Made by a program: the position numbers and the translations under genes. The notes beneath the pieces were generated by a model that saw only the letters and a program-made list of their open reading frames with translations, was not told the origin of the DNA and ran no database searches. Of a DNA stretch of 64,000 bases, positions 56,677 to 64,000 are shown piece by piece; positions within the stretch are counted from its first letter, which is position 1; each line of letters opens with the position of its first letter. Origin of the DNA: Bacillota bacterium (GTDB lineage Bacteria > Bacillota > Desulfotomaculia > Desulfotomaculales > Nap2-2B); assembly GCA_040755975.1 (NCBI GenBank), contig JBFLZY010000006.1, positions 10,078 to 74,077 on the forward strand, in the 5' to 3' direction.

Positions 56677-57417
56677 TTAGAGCGGGGGACTAACAGGCCT
56701 GTCAACGGGGAATTGCTTTAATGGTCTTTGCGTCATTGCCTCGAACTGCCAGTGGTAGGGATGCACAGATAGCATCAAACGTACCCCATCGCCCGCTGGT
56801 TCGCGGACGAGGACACCTACATCGGGAAAGGGCCTAACAACGGCAGTTCCACTCAACCTTCTCTCCACCTTGGGGAGACCCATGAGAACCTGGAACCGCT
56901 TGACCAAGTTGTCCTTTTGGCGCCACATCAAGCGAGAAATGGTGAACGTCATCGGGTGTGCATCCCAGGGACCCCGGACGATTCCGCGCGGGTCAAACTT
57001 TCCTTCTTCCTCAAAAAGATACCCTTGCTGACTAAAGAAAGTGGCGAAAACGAATGCGGCCACTTGCACGTTCTTGCCTTCCACTCGGTACTCCGCTCCC
57101 CACAAGTAATCTGCGTAATACTCCAGCACGGCGTCAAACCCGTCCAGGATATCGGTGTGCTTGTAGCCGCGCTTGATCTCAACCGCAACGTAGCATTCCT
57201 GTCTGGTAGTGCGGGCAGCGGACAGGTTCCCGCACACCAAGAGATCCGGCCTCTTCCCTGGAGCGATGCTTCTCACTTTAAACATCCCCCAGTCAGGGCG
57301 GTTCTTGTTCTGCCTTTCGTCATAAACGCGGAAACCGGCCCGCGTGAGCCAGTCTCCCACGGCAAGCTTCACTTCCGCCTCGCTGAGGCGATCCGATTTT
57401 CGGATCCGGGTCGTCAT
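56677..57417 (-). CDS. PD-(D/E)xK-like nuclease-fold protein (tentative)
   Basis: 246 aa; KRPDLLV...YVAVEIKRG resembles a D...ExK restriction-endonuclease-like core; flanked by iteron arrays on both sides. Confidence 0.4.
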   Translation of the reverse strand: MTTRIRKSDRLSEAEVKLAVGDWLTRAGFRVYDERQNKNRPDWGMFKVRSIAPGKRPDLLVCGNLSAARTTRQECYVAVEIKRGYKHTDILDGFDAVLEYYADYLWGAEYRVEGKNVQVAAFVFATFFSQQGYLFEEEGKFDPRGIVRGPWDAHPMTFTISRLMWRQKDNLVKRFQVLMGLPKVERRLSGTAVVRPFPDVGVLVREPAGDGVRLMLSVHPYHWQFEAMTQRPLKQFPVDRPVSPPL

Positions 57418-57439
57418 CTTTGCACTCCTTGCGGTTCTT

Positions 57440-57640
57440 TTGGGTGGTCGCCTGTCATACCCCTGGTCAGGGGGATAGGGCCTCTATCCAGCCCCTATCC
57501 ACCGGTGAATAGAGTGCCTATCCACTGCCCCTTATCAACCCCTTGTCACGTTGAATAGGGGTTTGATAAGGTCCCTATCCATACCCCTTATCAACCCCTA
57601 TTCACTGTGGAGAGGATATCCATCACGCCTTCTCATAAAG
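57440..57640. repeat. Iteron array 2: CCTATCCA-type, CCCCTTATCAACCCCT-type and TGAATAG-type repeats
   Basis: CTCTATCCA, CCCTATCCA (twice), GCCTATCCA, GATATCCA; CCCCTTATCAACCCCT twice plus one inverted AGGGGTTTGATAAGG; TGAATAG three times. Confidence 0.8.
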
Positions 57641-57644
57641 GTGT

Positions 57645-58004
57645 TTAAACGTTCTTGTTAACCGGGGGCTCTTTGGGTTTACGGGCAGCAAACCAATTCA
57701 TTGCGGTCAAAATTAATGCGAAAATGCCCCATATAGTCATATCCTTGAATACCGTTGTTGTTCCTGCTACTATACCTAATATTCCCGCTATTCCAGTAAT
57801 GATCATGGCAACTTTGGGAAGCCCAAAAGCAAAGGCACCGGCTACAACGAAGAGTAAAGCCACAAAAATTCCAACACTACCGCCTTCTTGGGCTGACTTT
57901 TCGCCAAATGCGATTCCTCCTACATTGACCGCACAAGACTGCAATATAACTATTAGCCCTAAAAATAGAGAGATAATGCCTGAAGCTATCCTCATATTTT
58001 CCAC
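57645..58004 (-). CDS. Small polytopic membrane protein
   Basis: 119 aa with 4 predicted TM segments; stop lies 3 nt... start follows the lipoprotein gene by 3 nt. Confidence 0.5.
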   Translation of the reverse strand: MENMRIASGIISLFLGLIVILQSCAVNVGGIAFGEKSAQEGGSVGIFVALLFVVAGAFAFGLPKVAMIITGIAGILGIVAGTTTVFKDMTIWGIFALILTAMNWFAARKPKEPPVNKNV

Positions 58005-58007
58005 CTC

Positions 58008-58511
58008 CTACTTTAGTGAAACAATAGCCTGCCCGAAGCCCAGTACATTAGGCTCAAATAAGAGCTGAAGTCCGGTTGCTTTGGTAGGAACCTCAAATAC
58101 TAGCTCACCGCGCATTTTTTGCCCTGGATGTAATTCACCATCTACGTTTCCCTTTTTCTCTGGGCCTATGGTTACATTGTACCTGTAACCTTCTGAATCA
58201 GTCAGAGAGAACATCATTAAGGAACTAATGGCAGCAGGTTTTTCTCCAATGTTTTCCAACGTGACATCTACTATTTTGTAAATATGACCTTCTTTCGGCT
58301 GGATAAATTGATTACCCTTGCTTTCCCGTACCCCGTTAACAGTAAGAACCAGGCCTCCCATTTTGATTTGCTCGCCTATGGAAAATGTTTTTGGTGGTTG
58401 TGGCTTGGGTGCAGCTGTGTCCGCTTTTTCCGGCGTAACGGTTCCCCCGCATCCGACCATGGTTATCAATAAAACCAGACCAACAAAAAACATGAACCAA
58501 AGTTTTTTCAT
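58008..58511 (-). CDS. DUF4352-like secreted lipoprotein
   Basis: Lipoprotein signal MKKLWFMFFVGLVLLITMVGCGG; beta-rich body with VTLENIG...GELVFEVP, a pattern reminiscent of DUF4352. Confidence 0.6.
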   Translation of the reverse strand: MKKLWFMFFVGLVLLITMVGCGGTVTPEKADTAAPKPQPPKTFSIGEQIKMGGLVLTVNGVRESKGNQFIQPKEGHIYKIVDVTLENIGEKPAAISSLMMFSLTDSEGYRYNVTIGPEKKGNVDGELHPGQKMRGELVFEVPTKATGLQLLFEPNVLGFGQAIVSLK

Positions 58512-59037
58512 GGGCAAAATAGCCACCTTTCAATGGTTTATTAAATCAGTTCGGTCTTTTTGCTTGCATTGCCTCTATGCCCCCTTTCTTTAACCTCGAT
58601 AAGCTTCCCGCCTGTGCCTTATCCGCAGGACATAAAGTACTCCTCGCTCCCAAAATCCCTTCCCCTACTCCCATGCAATCTTCTCCACCACCGCCTCCAG
58701 GTCGGCCCTGCCGGGCCTGGTGTACCTGTCTGTTCAGTTATATTCGCCAACTAATGGCCGATTCCTACCTGAGATTATTTCTTTTTGTTTTCGGGTATTG
58801 ACCATAAAACCTTTGGAATACCATAAGGGTAATTGTATTATGCCGACGTTTCGCCCAAATGCCGCTAAAGCCGGGAACGTCACCAGACGCATTTTAAAGT
58901 GATTTGAGACGGGTCAAGCAACGGGCAGGGTAAAGAAACATCGACCGGTAGCTTTAAGCGGCCAAATTCGGCCTCCAGGCAAGCCGCCAAGGCCGCCCGT
59001 ACCTATATACCGCACCTATATCCCGCACCTGTCCGGG

Positions 59038-59067
59038 TAAAAAGCCCCCTGCGCTCGAACGGGGGGC
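59038..59067 (-). terminator. Intrinsic terminator downstream of the surface-protein pseudogene
   Basis: GCCCCC / GGGGGC stem followed by a T-run on the minus strand. Confidence 0.7.
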
Positions 59068-59091
59068 AAATGGTCTAAGAGGGCAAGGAAA

Positions 59092-60824
59092 TTACTGTTG
59101 GATTATGATGTTCTGTGTATTTTCGTACCAGTCTACTCTAAATCCGAGTGCCTCGGTTACAAATCTTACAGGTACTAAAGTCACGCCATTGGTTAGGACA
59201 GGAGCAACATCCAGAGTACGAGATTGCCCATTTACAATGGCTTCGGTCCGGCCTATCCACAAGGTAACGTTGCGACTACCTAAAGTGTAAGTTATCCGCT
59301 GTTCAGTAGGATCCCAGTCCAGATTAGCTCCGATAGCTTCGCCAATAAACCTCAAAGGCAGAAACGCTCGGTCGCTCAGAAGTTTAGGCGGGATAATTAA
59401 CTCCTTGGTCTGCCCGTTAACGTAAGCAGTGCGGCTGCCTATGGTAAGCTGAATTGTGACGTTTCGTTTTGTCTGTGGCATAGCCGAAACTTCTTCGGAT
59501 GCTGGGCCTGTAGTTCCGTCATTATAAACCGGCCTGACGACATAATAATACTCCTGGCCATTTTGAACTGTGCGGTCCGTCCAAGTTGGTTGGAGCGAGG
59601 GAAAATCATTGATCCGATCCGCCGTCACTGCCTGCCCCGGCGCAGTAGAACGGTATATCCAATAGCCTCGAAGTGTTTTGCCAAAGGGGGGCTGCTGAGC
59701 CTGCCATGTAAGTATCACTTGATTATCGCCTGCAAAAGCGCTAAGTCCCCAAGGGTGAGCTTGTGGCGTCGGGGGAGTCTGTGAAGGAATGTTTACTGTT
59801 ATTTCCTGACTGGGCGGGCTTTCTTCTCCTGCCTGATTGATTGCTGTCACGTAAAATTTGCACGGAGTATCAATGGCAATCCCAAAACTGCTGCCGAAGC
59901 ATTTAATATGCTGATCCAGTTCCCATGGAGTCCACGAACCATTTAGGTAAGATGAACTGTATATCCTATACCCAGTCGCTCCGCTTACCGGATTCCAGGA
60001 GACGTTCACCAAATAATGCGTTTCGCTTACCCGTGTAGTACTTACGCGAAACCCGGTTGGGGCCTCCAGCTTAACTGAAGCAGAAGGAACATTCAACGTT
60101 ATTATATTGCTGGGCGGGCTTTCCCCGGCCGAATTTACGGCAGTTACATAAAACTCCCAATTGCCAGGATTTCCTAAATTGCCCGCAAAGGTGCCGGTAT
60201 AACTGTTTGTTTTCGTTTCAACAGAACTAAAACTGCCGTTTGGTACCACGAAGCTGTGCTATATATTCTGTATGCGGTTGCGCTATTTACTGGGTCCCAT
60301 GATAGGGTTATACGGTAGTGATTGGAAACACTGTCTGGAACAATGCTTTCGACGGATAACCTGGTCGGACCTTCCGGTATTTGGGTATTGTTTCCATCCT
60401 GATTACTAGATTCATGGTTAGTTGGTTGATTATTGACTAGGCCATCGGAAGAAGAAAAAACTACCTGCTGTCTTTCAGAATCCCAGCTCGCCTCGCTAAT
60501 ACCCAGCGCATAGGCAATCCAGTCAAAGGACAGCATAGGTTGTCCGTTGACATTTTCCGGGGCCACATCCATGTTGATAGTGATGCCGTTAATCAGCATG
60601 ACGTTGCTGCCGATGGTGAGCTGGACAACCTTGTCACCCTTGATCAGGGTAACCTTGCCGTCAGCATATATAATGTTGTCTGAAGACACGCCGCAGGCCT
60701 TAGCCGCGTACCGAACGGGAACGAAGGCCCGGCCGTTCTTAATGTACGGGGCAAGGCCGTATAAAATTTTAGTAGGCACCCAGAAGGGATCACCACCCCA
60801 AAAAAAGAAGTGAGACCTCACCAA
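59092..60824 (-). pseudogene. Cell-surface protein (copper-amine-oxidase-N-like + FN3 repeats), 5'-truncated by an IS and internally frameshifted
   Basis: Track ORFs 60174-60824 and 59092-60249 are consecutive parts of one FN3-repeat protein, joined by a 1-nt frameshift near 60245-60252. The 5' ORF begins inside the IS inverted repeat and has no signal peptide. Confidence 0.75.
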
Positions 60825-62445
60825 ACCAAAACACCAAATTACCTACCAAAGGAGTGAGGTCCCGTGTTAGATATTCGCCACATAATAGGAGCAGTCCTTC
60901 TTTTCGTATCTGGTTTGGTTAAGCTGATCAGAGAATACAAAAACTTTTGCGAGCTCGAAAAAGGCATCCACGAACTGTGCCAGAAAGTATGCAACCAGAT
61001 ATTCACCTGGGCGCTTGCCCAAATCGACACCCGTCTGATGAACGAGCGGGATAAAACCACCTGGGAAGTGGTCGGATTTCGGCCGAAAACAGCCGTCAGC
61101 ACCTTCGGGGAGTTTCTCTTTCAAAGACGCCTGTACAAAAACAAAAAAACCGGGGAAACCAGGTTCTTTTTGGACGAACTCCTGGGGTGGCCGGCTGGAA
61201 AGAGACTCACCCCCCGGATAAAAGAACTGGCCGTCAAATTAAGCGCAGAAATTCCCTTTGCCCGGGCTGCTGAAATTTTGGGTTACCTTGTTCCGGGGGT
61301 AAGCGCCATGACCGTCTGGCGGGCCACTCAAGAAGTGGGGGAAATCCTCCAGCAAGAAGGAGAAGAAAAAAGAGAAGCGGTCTTTGCCTACGGAGAAGCA
61401 CCCGCTGGAAAAGAGGTTGCTTTTGAACTTTGCCTCGAAGCCGACGGGGTGGTAATTCGCCTGCAAAGGGAAGAAGAGAAAAAGGGGGAGATAAAGCATA
61501 TTGTCGCCTACGAGGGAAAAGAAAAAGTTGCCCCCAACCGGTATGCGCTTAAAAACAAGCTTGTCCTGGGCGCTTTAAAAGATGGCGAAGCAGCCTGGGA
61601 AGAAGCCTATGCGGTCATTGGCGGGAAATGGGACTTAAGCCGAACAAAAAGAATCTTCATCGGTGGCGACGGGGCGGACTGGCCCAAGCAGGGAGTGGAG
61701 TACTTCCCTGGTGCCGAATATCGTTTGGACCCGTACCACTTAAGCAGGCACCTAACGGAGGCCCTCTGGCATGACGAAGAAGCCTTCCGGGAGGTATCCA
61801 CAGCTATTTCCCGGAATGACTGGCACCAAACCCAGAAGATTTTAACGACCGCGGCGAAAAAAAACAGAGGCAACCGGAAGAAGAGGATCACCAGACTTTT
61901 GCGCTATCTTGAAGAAAACTGGGCGGGGATCGTCGCCTCGCCGGGAGCAAAACGCCTGGGCGCCATTGAGGGGCAGATTCAGCACAACGTGGCCCGGCGG
62001 ATGAAACGCTTAGGAGCCCGGTGGACAATCTCCGGTGGAGACCGGATGGCCAGGATTTTAGCGGTCAGGGCAAACGGAGAACTGGCCAGTTATGCATCCC
62101 GCTGGCCGGTTAAAAACGAGAGTTTGCAAAAGATGGCCCGGGTGGAAAAAAACCGCGAGGTGAAAATGGAGGATGTGGAAGAGTGGCTAAGGGCGTCCAT
62201 CCCTGCACTCAAAGGGCCGTTTGCCGACCGGCCGTGGATAAAGTATATTTTACGGGAACTTTCCCGGCCGGATTTTGCTGCCCTTATTGGCTGACCTGTT
62301 TAAAAAGGACTTTAAAAAGGACATAAAAAGCGGCGCCGTTTAGTAACCTCTGGAGAGCCGCCCTGTCGTTAGTTTTTTAACCACCTACGGGGTTGGTTTT
62401 CAGGCTGCTTTTTGATGCTAATGTTTTAAAGCGGTGAGGTTTCAC
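60810..62445 (+). mobile_element. ISLre2-family-like insertion sequence (about 1.64 kb)
   Basis: Imperfect terminal inverted repeats GTGAGACCTCACC..AAAACA (60810-) and the complement of GGTGAGGTTTCAC (-62445), enclosing a single 476-aa transposase ORF. Confidence 0.7.
60864..62294 (+). CDS. ISLre2 / UPF0236-family transposase
   Basis: 476 aa; family assignment is from overall resemblance (FLFQRRLYKNKKTGETRFFLDELLG, GDGADW) and is from memory, not searched. Confidence 0.6.
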   Translation: MLDIRHIIGAVLLFVSGLVKLIREYKNFCELEKGIHELCQKVCNQIFTWALAQIDTRLMNERDKTTWEVVGFRPKTAVSTFGEFLFQRRLYKNKKTGETRFFLDELLGWPAGKRLTPRIKELAVKLSAEIPFARAAEILGYLVPGVSAMTVWRATQEVGEILQQEGEEKREAVFAYGEAPAGKEVAFELCLEADGVVIRLQREEEKKGEIKHIVAYEGKEKVAPNRYALKNKLVLGALKDGEAAWEEAYAVIGGKWDLSRTKRIFIGGDGADWPKQGVEYFPGAEYRLDPYHLSRHLTEALWHDEEAFREVSTAISRNDWHQTQKILTTAAKKNRGNRKKRITRLLRYLEENWAGIVASPGAKRLGAIEGQIQHNVARRMKRLGARWTISGGDRMARILAVRANGELASYASRWPVKNESLQKMARVEKNREVKMEDVEEWLRASIPALKGPFADRPWIKYILRELSRPDFAALIG

Positions 62446-62541
62446 AACGGAAAAAATTTTGTGGGGATACCTACTGGATCTTGACACGGACAGATTGACA
62501 GTTCCCCTTTAAACATGCTAAAATGAACTTGCATTTTCCGG

Positions 62542-62630
62542 GCCGGAGTGGCGGAACAGGCAGACGCAAGGGACTTAAAATCCCTCGGAGGGTTTCCTCC
62601 GTACCGGTTCAAGTCCGGTCTCCGGCACCA
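62542..62630 (+). tRNA. tRNA-Leu (anticodon UAA), class II with long variable arm
   Basis: Acceptor GCCGGAG/CTCCGGC, anticodon stem-loop AGGGA-CTTAAAA-TCCCT, variable arm CGGAGGGTTTCCTCCG, T-loop TTCAAGT, encoded CCA; TTGACA-18-TAAAAT promoter upstream. Confidence 0.9.
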
Positions 62631-63120
62631 ATTAAAAAAACGATTCCGAAGTAGTGGAAAAAATCCCATATCCCATAAGGAATAAATTAGTTTTGTGCCA
62701 TATACTGGCGAAAAGCCTGACAACGCAAGTGGTTTTACCTTGCCTCTAAAAGATTCTTTATAAAAAGATATATTTATATTGCCCGTTAATCAATTTGTCC
62801 TTAAAAATTTCAGAAAAACCGTATGATTAGTGTGTATGCCAGCACCTACTCGGGTAGGTATTCTGAAGTTAAAAAACGAATTCTTTAGCATAATAGATGT
62901 TTTCAGCATCTTCATACTTTTTATAGAAGTTCTGCTACTCCTCGAGCATAGAGATTTATGTTTTCTATTGGAACTCCAGAAAACCATTCCTGCTGTATTC
63001 AGTCAAGTAGTTCCTATCCATTTTTCTCAACTTCCCAAAAAAGAATTAGGTTTCCGTCGAAGTTTCTCAGGTATTTATAATTTCTGACTTTTTGCCCAGA
63101 TAAATACAGGGGGGAAGTTG

Positions 63121-64000
63121 ATGCTAAGTCAAGTTGTATGGAAGAATTTTATCGAAACAGGGAATCTCGCAATAGATCTTCCACCTTTCATTCTTGCCTC
63201 TTGGAAAAGGTGTAAAAAGATTGGTGTAAACCCTTTTAAAGAAAAAGTTGAGCTATCTGTAAGTCCTCAGGAACTAATTAATTATCAAAAAAAATCTATA
63301 TTGTACATGAGTCTAAATGAAGAAATTAAAAAAAATATAAAGTTTTTATTGGTACAAAACAAAGCTGTTATCACCCTGGCAAACAGCGATGGCCTTATAC
63401 TCTACCTGGACGGGGATGAAAGAGGAGTAAAGATTTCTCACGAAAACGGTTTCGTTCCAGGGGCTTATTGGTTAGAAGACTCTGCTGGAAACAATACAAT
63501 AGCAACTTGTCTTCGACTTAAAAAACCGGTTATTATTAAAAACTATGAGCATTACTGTAAAGCATGGCATCGTTATGATGCTGCTTCATTTCCTTTATTC
63601 TCTTTTGATAAAAAGCTCTTAGGAGTTATTACAATTGCATGTGAAAGCGAACAAAACTCAAACATTGAAGCTGTGGGCAGGATAATAGCTAATATATTCG
63701 AAAGGTTAATAAAAGAATATGAATTAAAAGATCAGCTATTTTGGTACAAATGTTTAACGGAATACTTCTTTTCCGAAATTCAACGGCCTGGACTAATTGT
63801 TGATGAAAATAAGTCCATCATTTTAGCCAATTCCAGTGCGCAGGCTTTTTTTGGGAAAAAACTTTTGAATCTAAACGAACTTGAACGTTACTGGAATAGA
63901 AAGATAGATATTGATAACAATATAAAAACTTTGCGTTTTTTAGTGGGGAAAAAGGAGGAAATCATACTTACATCTAAGTCGTTTGGTGAAAAAAAAGTAC
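63121..64000 (+). CDS. GAF-domain regulator N-terminus (AcoR-like sigma-54 activator type), partial, runs off the window
   Basis: ATG 63121 after GGGGGGAAG; open to the window end; MLSQVVWKNFIETGNL...WKRCKKIGVNP...SAGNNTIATCL resembles the N-terminal GAF region of AcoR-type activators; AT-rich codon usage. Confidence 0.55.
   Translation, partial: MLSQVVWKNFIETGNLAIDLPPFILASWKRCKKIGVNPFKEKVELSVSPQELINYQKKSILYMSLNEEIKKNIKFLLVQNKAVITLANSDGLILYLDGDERGVKISHENGFVPGAYWLEDSAGNNTIATCLRLKKPVIIKNYEHYCKAWHRYDAASFPLFSFDKKLLGVITIACESEQNSNIEAVGRIIANIFERLIKEYELKDQLFWYKCLTEYFFSEIQRPGLIVDENKSIILANSSAQAFFGKKLLNLNELERYWNRKIDIDNNIKTLRFLVGKKEEIILTSKSFGEKKV

Larger units (their letters stand above)
50906..60809. 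mobile_element. Integrative genomic island at the tRNA-Ala 3' end (right boundary uncertain)
   Basis: A tyrosine integrase sits directly next to the tRNA. GC appears lower by eye, with RHH/XRE regulators and iteron arrays. An IS and a second tRNA lie at the distal side. No attR repeat was found by eye. Confidence 0.5.

Noticed and set aside
56262-57640. Iteron arrays as CRISPR arrays
   Set aside because: The repeat units are only 6-16 nt, irregularly spaced and in both orientations, with no constant-length spacers. This is not a CRISPR architecture.
58530-59090. 560-nt gene-free stretch in the island as a possible ncRNA or attR site
   Set aside because: I saw only a weak resemblance (CCGCCTCCAGG) to the tRNA-Ala 3' end, no convincing structure, and no coding frame with an RBS. 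Apart from the terminator at 59038-59067, there is insufficient evidence.
62442-62723. 93-aa minus-strand ORF
   Set aside because: It overlaps the well-folded tRNA-Leu (62542-62630) and its promoter, so it is spurious.

Overview
GC-rich (about 55-58%) chromosomal window from an endospore-forming Firmicute; the Peptococcaceae / Desulfotomaculum-Pelotomaculum placement is only a guess from gene content and composition. Four parts. (1) 1-19.2 kb, almost all on the minus strand, is housekeeping: livH fragment, KAS-III-like enzyme, acyl-CoA ligase, TetR, yyaC, ykuS, a glycosyltransferase, then the conserved block proS-ispG-rseP-dxr-(ytvI-like)-cdsA-uppS-frr-pyrH-tsf-rpsB. (2) 19.4-38 kb is an accessory-looking region. 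It holds four paralogous TauE/SafE-type permease modules, each with different small membrane partners, plus two paralogous sensor kinases. One kinase is paired with a receiver-only regulator, the other with a sigma-54 NtrC-type activator. The region also has a degenerate IS1634-like ORF, recurring TGTGA..TCACA operators placed just after promoters, two copies of a short promoter-hairpin-terminator unit, and one copy of a ~250-nt rod-like hairpin element whose other copy lies in the proS leader. (3) 38-50.8 kb: acuA, a gamma-carbonic anhydrase, an agr-like quorum-sensing locus (agrB, agrD, apparently split AgrC-like sensor), a split Ski2-like helicase, the polyamine operon pdaD-speE-speB, a family-5 substrate-binding protein and a Q/G-rich low-complexity protein. 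(4) 50.8-64 kb is a lower-GC integrative island at tRNA-Ala: integrase, RHH protein, giant signal-peptidase fusion, XRE regulator, two iteron arrays, PD-(D/E)xK-like protein and an IS-disrupted surface-protein pseudogene. It is followed by tRNA-Leu and an AT-rich segment. All functional calls rest on motif recognition by eye; no database searches were run.
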